Shown: positions 50,180 through 59,905 of the stretch, in pieces
Layout of the letters: every line of letters begins with the position of its first letter
How positions within the stretch are numbered: the first letter of the stretch is position 1
Assembly: GCA_963703225.1 (NCBI GenBank)
Contig: OY969801.1
Coordinates: 1,195,096-1,259,095, forward strand
Length of the DNA stretch: 64,000 bases
Direction: 5' to 3'
DNA from: Candidatus Eiseniibacteriota bacterium
GTDB lineage: Bacteria; Eisenbacteria; RBG-16-71-46; SZUA-252
Translations under genes and position numbers: made by a program
Notes under the pieces: model-generated
What the model saw: only the letters and a program-made list of their open reading frames with translations
Databases searched by the model: none
Told to the model about the DNA's origin: nothing

Positions 50180-51014
50180 GCTCTTCCAGAGCAGGATCGG
50201 GCTGATCGTCCTGCTCCTGGTGCTCGCCTTGGTCGGCGTGGGCGTCTTCTTCCTCGTCCTGCGTCCCGTGGCGCCGCCCAAGACGCCTACCGTTGCGACC
50301 TCGCCGGCCGCCGTGGCCACTCCGCGTCCGGTCGTGAAGCAGGTGGTCTACGGACCCCCGGCGCCCGACTGGGTGCCGAGGACGCCGATGCCCGTTCCGG
50401 TCGCGGCTGTCTCGACGCCGGCCGGAGCCCAGCCGGTCCCCGCGGCGGCAGTGCCCGTGCCCGGCGCGCTAACGCCCACTCCGGCCGTGCCCGCTCCGGC
50501 GGTACCGCTGGCGGCATCTTCGACGACCGCCCCCGGGGCCCTGGTCGAGGTTCTGCCCGGCACCCTGGTTTCGACCACGTCCGCGACCCAGTCTCTGAGC
50601 TCGCCCGCGATGCCGAGCGCGGCGGGCCTGGTCTCGGAAGCACCCAAGTCACTCGATGCGAGCGCCCTCTTCGCGCGCGATTCCTACGTCTACACGAGCG
50701 GCAGTCGCCGGGATCCCTTCGCATCGCTACTCGACGGCAAGTTCCAGACCCAAACGGGCGACGGCTCGCTGGTCGATGTGGGCGACATTCATCTGGTGGG
50801 GATCATGTGGGGAGCTTCGGACAAGTTTGCGCTCGTGGAGGATACGCAGGGGCGGGGGTTTGTGTTGCGCGTCGGGGATCCGGTCGTGAACGGATACATC
50901 TCGGGGATCAGCAAGTCCGAGATCCAGGTGGTCCAGAACGCCTTTGGGGACACCCAGACGCTCTCGATTCAACTGAAACCAAAAGAGGGTGACAAGAATG
51001 CGACTCGAAAATAG
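50142..51014 (+). CDS. pilP: type IV pilus assembly lipoprotein PilP with Pro/Ala-rich linker
   Basis: N-terminal anchor, long P/A/V linker, C-terminal beta-domain (IHLVGIMWG...ALVEDTQGRGFVLRVGD). Confidence 0.75.
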   Translation: MNLPSSLALPQSKLFQSRIGLIVLLLVLALVGVGVFFLVLRPVAPPKTPTVATSPAAVATPRPVVKQVVYGPPAPDWVPRTPMPVPVAAVSTPAGAQPVPAAAVPVPGALTPTPAVPAPAVPLAASSTTAPGALVEVLPGTLVSTTSATQSLSSPAMPSAAGLVSEAPKSLDASALFARDSYVYTSGSRRDPFASLLDGKFQTQTGDGSLVDVGDIHLVGIMWGASDKFALVEDTQGRGFVLRVGDPVVNGYISGISKSEIQVVQNAFGDTQTLSIQLKPKEGDKNATRK

Positions 51015-52656
51015 CGGTATGCGCACGGGTCGCCGCGCGGGTCTGCTCTCGGCGCTGGCGGCTGGTCTTCTCATCACGGCCGTCCCCGCGCTCGGGGCGA
51101 CGGTGAAGAGCATCCTCTTGAAGGACGCGGGTGCGGGAACGCAGGTCATCGTGGAGGCCGACGGACCGGTCAACTACCATGACTTCACGCTCGAATCTCC
51201 CGATCGGATCGTGATCGACTGCCCGGGCACCACGCTGGCCTTCACCGAGCGGACCTGGGCCGGACGGGATAATTCGCCGGTCAAGTCGGTCCGGGCGACC
51301 GAGATGGGTTGGGGCAAGGACACCGGGTCACGGATCGTCGTCGACTTGGCACAGCCCGTGTCGTACGGCGTGAGCGCGGTGGGGAACAACGTGATCGTGG
51401 CCGTCGAGGCCCCGCAGCAGGCAACGCCCGAGCCGGCCCGCGACTCGCCGGGATCTTCCTCCGACGTCACCGACAACCGCCGGATGTCGCTCGACGTCCA
51501 GGGCGCCGAGATCGAAACGGTGCTCCGCAGCCTGTCCGAGTTCAGCGGCAAGAACATCGTCGCGAGCAAGGAGGTCAAGGGCACGGTGACCCTGCGGCTT
51601 CGAAACGTCCCGTGGCGCCACGCGCTCGACATCGTGCTGAAGGCCGAGGGGCTCGGAATGGTCGAAAACGGCCAGACGATCGTCATCTCCACGCTCGAGA
51701 CACTCCGCAAGGAGGAGCTGGAGCGCCGGACCGCCGAGCGCGCCCAGGAAGAGCTTCTGCCGCTCTCCACCCGCATCCTGCCGGTGAGCTACGCCAACGC
51801 CAAGGAGATGGGGAAGACGGTTGAAAAGACGCTGACCAAGCGAGGCCACATCGAGATCGACGAGCGCACGAACTCCCTCTTGGTGACCGACATCGACGAG
51901 CGGTTGGACCAGGCCGAGGGGATGATCCGGAGCCTCGATACCCGGACGCCTCAGGTCGAGATCGTGGCCCGACTCGTGGACGTGGACCACTCGGTGACCA
52001 CCTCGCTCGGGATCAACTGGAGCGTGAACAACGTGGATCTGTTCGACGCCGGAGCCAACGAGGGGATTTCGATCACTCCGGGCGATGTCCCCACGCCGGC
52101 GGCGACGGTCAAGTTCGGGACGGTGAAGGGATTCGGGAGCATCGACGCTACCCTCACCGCCCTCGAGGCGAAGAACCAGGCGAATATCATCTCGAACCCG
52201 CGCATCACGACCGTCAACAACCGCGAAGCGTCGGTGATCGTGGGCCAGCAGATTCCGCTCATCGTCCAGGACTTCGCCGGCAACGCGGTCACACAGCTGA
52301 CCACGATCGGTATCAAGCTGAACGTGACGCCGCATATCAACGTGGGCAACAAGATCACGATGGACGTTCACCCCGAGGTCTCCGACCTCTCGTCGCAGGC
52401 GACGGTGGCGGGCGGCATCATCATCAACACGACGATGGCCGACACACGGGTGATGGTGAACGACGGCGAAACGGCGGTGATCGGCGGCTTGATCCGCAGC
52501 AACGAGAGCGACAACGATCGCGGCGTGCCGGTCCTCATGGATATTCCGCTGCTCGGAAGCCTGTTCAAGTCGACGACCAAGGTGCGGCAGAAGCGCGAGC
52601 TCTTGATCTTCCTCACGCCGAAGATCATCGGCGAGACGACCGCTTCATCTCAGTAA
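50998..52656 (+). CDS. pilQ: type IV pilus secretin PilQ with AMIN domain
   Basis: AMIN-like N-domain, N0/N1 domains, secretin motifs (VVTDIDERLDQ; NPRITTVNNREA; VPVLMDIPLLGSLFK...RELLIFLTPKII). Confidence 0.9.
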   Translation: MRLENSGMRTGRRAGLLSALAAGLLITAVPALGATVKSILLKDAGAGTQVIVEADGPVNYHDFTLESPDRIVIDCPGTTLAFTERTWAGRDNSPVKSVRATEMGWGKDTGSRIVVDLAQPVSYGVSAVGNNVIVAVEAPQQATPEPARDSPGSSSDVTDNRRMSLDVQGAEIETVLRSLSEFSGKNIVASKEVKGTVTLRLRNVPWRHALDIVLKAEGLGMVENGQTIVISTLETLRKEELERRTAERAQEELLPLSTRILPVSYANAKEMGKTVEKTLTKRGHIEIDERTNSLLVTDIDERLDQAEGMIRSLDTRTPQVEIVARLVDVDHSVTTSLGINWSVNNVDLFDAGANEGISITPGDVPTPAATVKFGTVKGFGSIDATLTALEAKNQANIISNPRITTVNNREASVIVGQQIPLIVQDFAGNAVTQLTTIGIKLNVTPHINVGNKITMDVHPEVSDLSSQATVAGGIIINTTMADTRVMVNDGETAVIGGLIRSNESDNDRGVPVLMDIPLLGSLFKSTTKVRQKRELLIFLTPKIIGETTASSQ

Positions 52657-52703
52657 CGGAGGCGCCGGACGCTTCCGCGCCCGGCCCGAGGCGGGTATAC
52701 TGC

Positions 52704-52740
52704 GGGGCCTTCCCGAGAGGGAGGGCCCCATTTTCATTCT
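52704..52740 (+). terminator. terminator-like hairpin GGGGCC-N14-GGCCCC followed by ATTTTCATT after pilQ
   Basis: inverted repeat + T-rich tail read from sequence. Confidence 0.35.
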
Positions 52741-52763
52741 AGGTTGCTACCTCGGAGGCCGCG

Positions 52764-53318
52764 GTGATCATTCGCATCGCCCTTGTCGGCTTGTCCGGGG
52801 CCGGAAAGAGCACGGTCGCCCCGCTCCTCGCGGTCCGCATGGGGCTCGGCTGGGTCGACCTCGACGAAGTGATCGAGCGCCGGGCCAAGTCGACCGTTGC
52901 CGCCATCATCGAGGCCACGGGGGAGGCGGCGTTTCGAGAATTGGAGAGCGCGTCGCTCCGGGAGACGCTCGAGGGAGAGGGTCGCGCGCCGGGCCTCGTG
53001 CTGGCCTGCGGCGCCGGTGCGCTGGGGCGGGAGGAGAATCGCCTTCGCCTCCGCCAGAATGCCTTCACGGTCTGGCTCTCGGTCAGCCCGGAAGCGGCGG
53101 CCCGCCGGCTCGGGGGTCTTGAGACCGCCAAGCGCCCGCTCCTGGGCGGCGGATTGACCGAGAGCCGCCTGAGCGATCTGCTGAGAGAACGGCGCGCGCT
53201 CTATCAAGCCGCGGCGGACGCGACGATCGAGACCGACTCGCGCACGCCGGCGGAGGTGGCCGTGGCCATCCAAGCCCAGTGGGAAAGGCGGGCGAATTGG
53301 GGACCGTCCGGATCGTAG
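52764..53318 (+). CDS. aroK: shikimate kinase
   Basis: Walker A GLSGAGKSTV, overall 184-aa length; conserved position after pilQ. Confidence 0.85.
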   Translation: MIIRIALVGLSGAGKSTVAPLLAVRMGLGWVDLDEVIERRAKSTVAAIIEATGEAAFRELESASLRETLEGEGRAPGLVLACGAGALGREENRLRLRQNAFTVWLSVSPEAAARRLGGLETAKRPLLGGGLTESRLSDLLRERRALYQAAADATIETDSRTPAEVAVAIQAQWERRANWGPSGS

Positions 53319-53884
53319 GGGGGGACCTCAGGGGACGGCGCCTTCGCGTTCCCGACCGGGGTGTCCGTCCGACGTCGGAGCGAACGCGGGAGGCGGTCTT
53401 CGACATCCTGGGAACCGAGCGGGTGAAAGGGGCGATGGTCCTCGAGCTTTTCGCCGGGACGGGTGCGCTCGGCATCGAGGCCTTGAGCCGAGGGGCCGAG
53501 ACCGTCGACTTCGTCGAGGGAAACGCGGCTGTCGCCCGGCGGCTGACCGAGAACCTGGAAGCCCTCGGGTTGGGCGCGCGCGGGCGGGTGCGCGTGGCCC
53601 GTCTGGGTCGCGCGTCCCTTCCGCCTGGGCTTCTGGGGCCTTGGGGGCTCGTCTTCCTCGACCCGCCGTATGATGGTGACGCGGGCCCTCGATGGATCCG
53701 CGCCCTCGGAGAAGGGGCCGCCCTGGATCCGGACGCGCTGGTAGTCTACGAGTGTCGGAAGGGAACGGGAGTGCCGAGATCCGAGGCGCTCACCCTCGCG
53801 ACCGAACGGACCTACGGCGACACCACGGTCGCCATCTACCGCGCGAGCCGCCCTGTGGGCACCGCGCCTGGAGGAGGAGCATGA
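53297..53884 (+). CDS. rsmD: 16S rRNA (guanine966-N2)-methyltransferase RsmD
   Basis: RIVGGDLRGRRL..P...RPT N-terminus, SAM motif LELFAGTGALGIE, DPPY motif (FLDPPYD). Confidence 0.8.
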   Translation: MGTVRIVGGDLRGRRLRVPDRGVRPTSERTREAVFDILGTERVKGAMVLELFAGTGALGIEALSRGAETVDFVEGNAAVARRLTENLEALGLGARGRVRVARLGRASLPPGLLGPWGLVFLDPPYDGDAGPRWIRALGEGAALDPDALVVYECRKGTGVPRSEALTLATERTYGDTTVAIYRASRPVGTAPGGGA

Positions 53885-54366
53885 AAAGCGCCGTATTCGC
53901 CGGCACGTTCGATCCGGTGACGAACGGGCACCTCGATTTGGCCCGCCGCGCGCTGCGGGTCGTCGACGAGCTCACGGTGGCGGTCGCGGACCGGCCGGAG
54001 AAGGGGGTGCTCTTTTCTCAGGAGGATCGGGTCGCGATGATCCGCGAGGCGCTGGGGTCGGAACCGAACCTGACCGTGGAGCCGTTCACTGGCCTTCTCG
54101 TGGACTACGCCAAGAAACGGGGAATCGGCATCATCATCCGGGGACTTCGCTTCATCTCCGACTTCGAGTACGAGTTCCAGATGGCGCTCATGAATCGGAG
54201 GTTGAATCCCGACATCGAAACCCTGTTCCTCATGCCGAGCGAAACCTACACGTACGTGAATTCGACGCTCGTGAAGGAGATCGCGCGCCACGGCGGAAAC
54301 GTCGAATCCTTCGTGCCCCCCCGCGTCGCCAAGAGTCTCAAGTCCGCCTTCGGCCTCAAGCGCTGA
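53881..54366 (+). CDS. coaD: phosphopantetheine adenylyltransferase
   Basis: AVFAGTFDPVTNGH (T/HxGH) motif; 161 aa; ATGA overlap with rsmD. Confidence 0.9.
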   Translation: MKSAVFAGTFDPVTNGHLDLARRALRVVDELTVAVADRPEKGVLFSQEDRVAMIREALGSEPNLTVEPFTGLLVDYAKKRGIGIIIRGLRFISDFEYEFQMALMNRRLNPDIETLFLMPSETYTYVNSTLVKEIARHGGNVESFVPPRVAKSLKSAFGLKR

Positions 54367-54374
54367 TCGACCCC

Positions 54375-54674
54375 ATGCCGACCTACGAGTACGAATGCCT
54401 CAAGTGCGGGAATCGGTTCGAGGTCTTCCAGCGGATGACAGACCCGCCCCGAAAGCGCTGCCCCAAGTGCAAAGGGAAGGTCCGACGCCTCGTTGGATCG
54501 GGGGCCGGCATGATCTTCAAGGGGACCGGCTTCTACGCGACCGACTATCGCTCCGAGTCGTATAAGAGTCAGAAGAAGAAGGAGTCAGGGGAGACCCCTA
54601 AGACAAAGGATGAATCGAAGCCGAAGGCCAAGCCGAAGACCGAAACCACCGGGGGCGACGGCAAATCCGTTTGA
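54375..54674 (+). CDS. FmdB-family zinc-ribbon protein with Lys-rich C-terminal tail
   Basis: MPTYEYECLKCGNRFEV...CPKCKG CxxC-N-CxxC N-terminus. Confidence 0.75.
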   Translation: MPTYEYECLKCGNRFEVFQRMTDPPRKRCPKCKGKVRRLVGSGAGMIFKGTGFYATDYRSESYKSQKKKESGETPKTKDESKPKAKPKTETTGGDGKSV

Positions 54675-54743
54675 CTCAACAAGGTTGCCTCTGTTAGCGT
54701 GCGGCCCGTCGTGGCAGGCGCGCTCCATCTCCGCCCCGGCCGA

Positions 54744-54770
54744 TTGAGGCCAACCCCCTCAAGTGTTTTA
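54744..54770 (+). terminator. terminator-like hairpin TTGAGG-N7-CCTCAA + GTGTTTTA
   Basis: perfect 6-bp inverted repeat followed by T-rich run inside AT-rich intergenic island. Confidence 0.35.
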
Positions 54771-54810
54771 TCAATAACCAATTAATCGTAATGGCTAACC
54801 CAAAACCAGA

Positions 54811-55899
54811 ATGAATTCGACCGTCCATCGCGTCACTCTCATTCCCGGGGATGGCACCGGCCCCGAGATCACCGTCGCGACGCGCCGAGTGCTGGAAGCG
54901 ACCGGCGTCCGTTTCGACTGGGACATCCAGGAGGCGGGGACCGCGGTCCACGAGCGCGAGGGGACGCCGCTTCCCCAGCGCGTGCTCGATTCGCTCCGCA
55001 AGAACAAGGTCGGCCTCAAGGGTCCGATCACCACGCCCGTCGGCTCCGGATTCAGGAGCGTCAACGTCGCGCTCCGCAAGGAGCTCGATCTCTACGCGTG
55101 CGAACGCCCCTGCAAGTCCTATCCGGGCGTTCGGTCCCGTTACGAGAAGATCGACCTCGTCATCGTCCGGGAGAATACGGAGGATCTCTACGCCGGGATC
55201 GAGTTTCACGTCGGGAGCTCCGGGATGAAGGCGCTCCGCGAGCTCGTGCTCCGCGAGACGAAGCGGGAGATCAAAGAGGACGCGGGCGTCTCGATCAAGC
55301 CGATCAGCGTCTCGGGGACGGAGCGAATCGTCCGCCATGCGTTTCGATACGCCAACGCCAACCGTCGGAAGAGCGTCACGGCCGTCCACAAGGCCAACAT
55401 CATGAAGGACACGGACGGGCTCTTTCTGGAAACCGCCCGGCGCGTGGCGGGGGAGTTCCCGGAAGTCGCCTTCAATGACCGCATCGTCGACAACATGTGC
55501 ATGCAGCTCGTGCAGGTGCCCGAGGACTACGACGTGCTCGTCCTCCCCAATCTCTACGGCGACATCCTTTCCGATCTGGCCGCGGGCCTGGTCGGGGGAC
55601 TGGGGGTTGCCCCGGGCGCCAACATCGGGGACACGGCCGCGCTCTTCGAGCCCACCCACGGCAGCGCGCCCAAGTACGCGGGAAAGGATCGGGTCAACCC
55701 TCTCGCCATGATTCTGAGCGGGATGCTGATGCTCCGCCATCTGGGGGAGATGGACGCCTCGAACCGCCTCGAGCGGGCGATCGCCAAGGTGATCCGCGAG
55801 GGCACCAAGGTCACGTACGACATGAAGCCTCGCCGCGACGATCCCACGGCCGTGGGCACTCAGGCCGCAGCGGACGCCGTCATCGAGGCGATGGGGTAA
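54811..55899 (+). CDS. NAD-dependent isocitrate/isopropylmalate dehydrogenase-family enzyme (IDH3-like)
   Basis: [12 protein letters not shown]-terminus, [19 protein letters not shown] substrate/metal motif; intact 362 aa. Confidence 0.85.
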   Translation: MNSTVHRVTLIPGDGTGPEITVATRRVLEATGVRFDWDIQEAGTAVHEREGTPLPQRVLDSLRKNKVGLKGPITTPVGSGFRSVNVALRKELDLYACERPCKSYPGVRSRYEKIDLVIVRENTEDLYAGIEFHVGSSGMKALRELVLRETKREIKEDAGVSIKPISVSGTERIVRHAFRYANANRRKSVTAVHKANIMKDTDGLFLETARRVAGEFPEVAFNDRIVDNMCMQLVQVPEDYDVLVLPNLYGDILSDLAAGLVGGLGVAPGANIGDTAALFEPTHGSAPKYAGKDRVNPLAMILSGMLMLRHLGEMDASNRLERAIAKVIREGTKVTYDMKPRRDDPTAVGTQAAADAVIEAMG

Positions 55900-55905
55900 C
55901 AGCCG

Positions 55906-56949
55906 ATGCCGATTTTCGCGGACCGCGCGTCGATTCACGTTATCGGCGGCCGCGGAGGGAGCGGCTGCGTCAGCTTCCGGCGGGAGAAATACGTTCCCAA
56001 GGGGGGCCCTGACGGAGGGGACGGAGGGGACGGCGGGAGCGTCATCCTGACCGTGAACGAGCACCTCCGCACGCTGCTCGACTTTCAGTCGCGGACGCTT
56101 TTCCGGGCGCCGGCGGGCGCGCACGGGTCGGGGAACCAGCGCAGCGGGAAGGGCGGCGACGATCTTCTCGTCCCGGTCCCTCGCGGGACGCTCGTGATCG
56201 ACGAGGAGACCGAGGCGACGCTGGCCGATCTCGTCGACCCAGAGGCGACGCTCGTGGCGGCCCAGGGCGGCCTCGGCGGGCGAGGGAACGCGCGGTTCGC
56301 CACGTCGACGAACCAGGCGCCGCGGAAGGCCGAGCCCGGAACGGCCGGCGAAGATCGGCGGGTTCGCCTGGAGCTGCGGCTGATCGCCGATGTCGGGCTC
56401 GTCGGGCTGCCGAACGTGGGGAAGTCGACGCTCTTGTCGCGGCTGAGCGCGGCGCGGCCGAAGATCGCCGACTACCCGTTCACGACGCTGGAGCCCCACC
56501 TTGGCCTGGTGCGGATCGAAGCGGAGCGGAGCTTCGTGCTCGCGGATCTGCCGGGGTTGATCGAAGGGGCGCACGCCGGAAAGGGGCTGGGCCACGAGTT
56601 CCTCCGGCACGTGTGGCGGACGCGGATCCTGGTCGTGCTCATCGACAGCGTTTCCGACGACCCGGCCCGCGACTATGAAATTCTCAGGGGAGAGCTCCGC
56701 CAGTACAACGAGGAGCTCGCGAAGAAGCCGACGGTCGTCGTCCTGAGCCGGTGTGACTTGGCTGCGGGGGAGGAGGCCGCGCCATTTCAGCTCGGTGGGG
56801 CGAGGTGGGGGGGCCGGATCTCGGGGGTGACCGGCGAAGGAACGAAGGTTCTCTTGGAGTTGATTTGGACTATGCTCATGGAGTCGGGTGGCGCCGGACG
56901 GGAGGCGCGCCCGTGGGACGGCGATCAGGTCGCCGACATCAAGGAGTGA
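55906..56949 (+). CDS. obg: GTPase Obg/CgtA
   Basis: Gly-rich Obg fold N-domain (GGDGGDGG), G1 GLPNVGKST, G3 DLPG, G4 SRCD. Confidence 0.9.
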   Translation: MPIFADRASIHVIGGRGGSGCVSFRREKYVPKGGPDGGDGGDGGSVILTVNEHLRTLLDFQSRTLFRAPAGAHGSGNQRSGKGGDDLLVPVPRGTLVIDEETEATLADLVDPEATLVAAQGGLGGRGNARFATSTNQAPRKAEPGTAGEDRRVRLELRLIADVGLVGLPNVGKSTLLSRLSAARPKIADYPFTTLEPHLGLVRIEAERSFVLADLPGLIEGAHAGKGLGHEFLRHVWRTRILVVLIDSVSDDPARDYEILRGELRQYNEELAKKPTVVVLSRCDLAAGEEAAPFQLGGARWGGRISGVTGEGTKVLLELIWTMLMESGGAGREARPWDGDQVADIKE

Positions 56950-56953
56950 CCGA

Positions 56954-57574
56954 GTGATCCCCAAGGATGCGGCCCGGCTGTGGGAAGAGTTGCGGCACCG
57001 GGAGCCTGAAGAAAAGCTGGAGTGGATCCGGGAGTTGGCGCGCAACCCAACGCCCGACTCGATCGAGATCCTGCTCGACGTCCTGAAGCAGGAGAGCTGG
57101 TTCCTCCGGGACCAGGCGGCTCGGGCCCTGGCGACGCTCGGCGAGGTGGTCTTCGATCCCCTCGTCGAGTACTTGGGTTCGGGCCTGTGGTACACGCGCA
57201 CCGCGTCCGCGTCCGCGCTGGGAAAAATGGGATTGCCCGCCGCGGCGAGGCCCTTGACCCAGTTGCTGCGCGATCCAAACCGGACCGTTCGGGATGCGGC
57301 GCGCGACGCGCTCGTTCTCCTCTGCGGAAGCGACGTGGGGTGCTTTGAAGTCGCGGTTGCGTTTCATGCGCTCCCGGAGCGCGCCCGCCGGTTCGCCGTC
57401 GATGGCCTGGCCACGCGCGACCCCGAGGCTGCCGATCGCGTCGCGCGGCTCTTGCACGACCCGGCGCTGTCGAGTGCCGCCGACCAGCGCCATCTGGCCC
57501 GCGCGGTGAACGAGGTCGGCTTCCGCTGGGAGGACGTGGTGGGAGGGGACGAGGCCGACTCGGAGTCCGGCTGA
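56954..57574 (+). CDS. HEAT/PBS-lyase-repeat protein
   Basis: repeated ...VRxxAAxAL... helical motifs; GTG start overlapping obg stop. Confidence 0.55.
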   Translation: MIPKDAARLWEELRHREPEEKLEWIRELARNPTPDSIEILLDVLKQESWFLRDQAARALATLGEVVFDPLVEYLGSGLWYTRTASASALGKMGLPAAARPLTQLLRDPNRTVRDAARDALVLLCGSDVGCFEVAVAFHALPERARRFAVDGLATRDPEAADRVARLLHDPALSSAADQRHLARAVNEVGFRWEDVVGGDEADSESG

Positions 57575-57602
57575 ACGCTTCGGGGCGGGACGTGGGGGTG
57601 GG

Positions 57603-58526
57603 GTGGAGGAGGGAATTCCAGGACCGGTGGCGCGCGCGGTCGGGCGCGCCGTCTCCATTGACGATCCGTCCTACCCCGCCGGCCTGCGCTCCCTGCCCGG
57701 CGCTCCCCCGGTGGTCTTCCTCGAGGGGAGCTGGCTCCTGCGATCCCGCTGCGTCGCGTTGGTCGGTGCGCGCGACGCGACCGACGATGGGATCGATGTC
57801 GCGCGGGATCTTGCCAGGTCGCTGGCCGAAGCAGGCGTCGCGGTCGTGAGCGGCCTGGCTCGCGGCATCGACGCCGCGGCGCACCGCGGCGCGCTCGACG
57901 CCGGCGGCCAAAGCGGTGCCGTGCTCGGAACGCCCCTCGATCGGTGTTACCCGGCGGAGCATCGCGCCCTGCAGCAAGAGCTCGCCGGCTCGCTCGGTCT
58001 CTTGAGCGAGCATCCTCCCGGCTCTCCCGCCACCGCGCGCACGTTTGCCTCGCGCAATCGGCTGCTCGCCGCCATCGCGGACGCGGTCGTCGTCGTCCAG
58101 GGTGGGGAGCAAAGCGGTGCGCTTCTCACGGCGGAGGCGGCGCGGCGGTTGGGAAGACCCGTGGGGGCGGTCCCCTGGGACAGCCGTGATCCGCTGGGAG
58201 CAGCGCCTCACGCGCTCATCCGGTCGGGCGCGGCGACGCTCGTCCGCGGTGGCCAGGACATTCTGGATCTCGTCGGAATCGGTTCCATCCCTTCCCTCGG
58301 AGCGGCCCGTCGTCGCCCGCTTCCATCGGCCCCGCGATCGGCCATGGGCGAGCAGGAGGAGCGGCTCCTGCGTGCGCTTCGAGAACGGCCGCGGCCGCTC
58401 GAGACGGCGGCGAGAGAGGCGGAGCTGACCATCGCCGAGGCGAGCGCCGCGCTGGTCCTCCTCGAGATCCTGGGGCGCGCCCGCCGAGATCCTGGCGGCG
58501 CGGTGCGCCGCGTCGGGCGGCTCTGA
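57603..58526 (+). CDS. dprA: DNA-processing protein DprA (Smf)
   Basis: Rossmann-like core ALVGARDATDDG...VVSGLARGIDAAAH...ADAVVVVQ, C-terminal winged-helix. Confidence 0.8.
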   Translation: MEEGIPGPVARAVGRAVSIDDPSYPAGLRSLPGAPPVVFLEGSWLLRSRCVALVGARDATDDGIDVARDLARSLAEAGVAVVSGLARGIDAAAHRGALDAGGQSGAVLGTPLDRCYPAEHRALQQELAGSLGLLSEHPPGSPATARTFASRNRLLAAIADAVVVVQGGEQSGALLTAEAARRLGRPVGAVPWDSRDPLGAAPHALIRSGAATLVRGGQDILDLVGIGSIPSLGAARRRPLPSAPRSAMGEQEERLLRALRERPRPLETAAREAELTIAEASAALVLLEILGRARRDPGGAVRRVGRL

Positions 58527-58527
58527 G

Positions 58528-59472
58528 ATGGGTCGAAGCCCGCTCCGCCCGCTTCGGCAGCGCCTCGAGGCCGGCTCGCTCCGGGCGCTCGGCTCGCTCG
58601 CGCGCGCACTCCCGTTTGAGCAGGCGAGCGATCTGGGCGCGGCGCTCGGGATCGCGGCCTACCGCCTCCTCGGCCGCCGCCGTCGGATCGCCACGGAAAA
58701 CGTGGAGCGCGTGCTCGGGTCCAATCCCGACGGAATGACGCCCGACTCGTTGGTGCGCCGCGCCTTCTCGCAGCTCGGCCGGACCTTCGTCGAGTTCCTG
58801 GCCCTTCCCTCGCGGCGCCCCGAAGATCTGTTGGCCCGGATCGAATTCGAGGGTTTCGAGCCGATCGAGTCTTTGGCGCGCGCCCGGAAGGGCGCCGTGC
58901 TCGTGACGGGGCACTTTGGAAACTGGGAGTTGTTCGGCGCGGCCGCCGGCGCCCGGTACGCGCCGATGAAGTACCTCCTGCCGCGCCAGACCAATCCCTG
59001 GAGCGACGCCTACCTGAACGACGTCCGACGTCGCGTCGGGGTCGAACCGTTCATGATCGAGACCGACATGAGGGCCGCGATGCGCGCGCTCAAGGCCGGA
59101 TCGTTTCTGGGGATGCTGCCCGACCAGGACGCCCGTCGCGCGGGGATCCACGTGCCCTTCTTCGATCGGCCCGCCTCGACCCACGCGGGGCCCGCGCGGC
59201 TGGCGCTCGCCGCGAACGTCCCGCTCTTGGTCGGCGTGCTCGAGCGCGCGGGGCGGGGGAGGTTTCGGGCGAGGCTCCTCGCGCTGCTCGTGCCGGATCC
59301 CTCGCGCGAGAGGGAATCCGAGGTTTTCCGCCTGACGGCGGAGATGACGCGCGCGCTCGAGGGGGCGATCCGGGCGCGCCCGGATCATTGGTATTGGATC
59401 CACCGGCGATGGAAGACGCCACCCAATGAAGGGCCGCGGGTGGAAGCGGAATCCACCCTGCTCAGGAAGTGA
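58528..59472 (+). CDS. LpxL/HtrB-family lysophospholipid/lipid A acyltransferase
   Basis: HFGNWE (HX4E-like) motif and PDQD motif; 314 aa. Confidence 0.7.
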   Translation: MGRSPLRPLRQRLEAGSLRALGSLARALPFEQASDLGAALGIAAYRLLGRRRRIATENVERVLGSNPDGMTPDSLVRRAFSQLGRTFVEFLALPSRRPEDLLARIEFEGFEPIESLARARKGAVLVTGHFGNWELFGAAAGARYAPMKYLLPRQTNPWSDAYLNDVRRRVGVEPFMIETDMRAAMRALKAGSFLGMLPDQDARRAGIHVPFFDRPASTHAGPARLALAANVPLLVGVLERAGRGRFRARLLALLVPDPSRERESEVFRLTAEMTRALEGAIRARPDHWYWIHRRWKTPPNEGPRVEAESTLLRK

Positions 59473-59770
59473 AGCCGATCTCCTTGTTCGATTGCCCTTC
59501 GGCCAGCGTCCGGATCTTGCCGAACTGCTCCTCGTATTTCTTGATATTCGTCTCCAGCGCGCTGAGCAGGGCCCGAACGTTGGGCGGGGTCATCACGATC
59601 CGGGCAAAGACCTTGCTCTTCGGGGTGCCCGGGAGAATCCGAGCGAAGTCGAGCACGAACTCGGAGAGGGAGTGGCTGATGACCACGAAATTCGAGTAGA
59701 TACCCTCCGCCTCTTTCTCCCCGATCTCCATGTTGATCTGCGGGCCTTCTGCTTGGCGCTTCGCCTCCAT
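59462..59770 (-). CDS. DUF3467-family small protein
   Basis: MEIGEKEAEGIYSNFVVISHSLSEFVLDF conserved block; GGAGG RBS 7 nt upstream of ATG on minus strand. Confidence 0.7.
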   Translation of the reverse strand: MEAKRQAEGPQINMEIGEKEAEGIYSNFVVISHSLSEFVLDFARILPGTPKSKVFARIVMTPPNVRALLSALETNIKKYEEQFGKIRTLAEGQSNKEIGFTS

Positions 59771-59905
59771 CCGTAAGCCTCCTCTTTTCAATTATTTATC
59801 GGCCGACTCCCGCCTCAAGATAGGACCGCCGGTGCCGTTAATCAACCTGAGTATTGTGACAAGGGGGCGTTCCTGTCTCCGGGTGGCACCGACGGGAGGG
59901 GCCGA

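Noticed and set aside
54694-57201. 835-aa minus-strand ORF
   Set aside because: Spans IDH, obg and the HEAT gene on the opposite strand, all of which have convincing + strand motifs. Rejected as an artefact of high GC.
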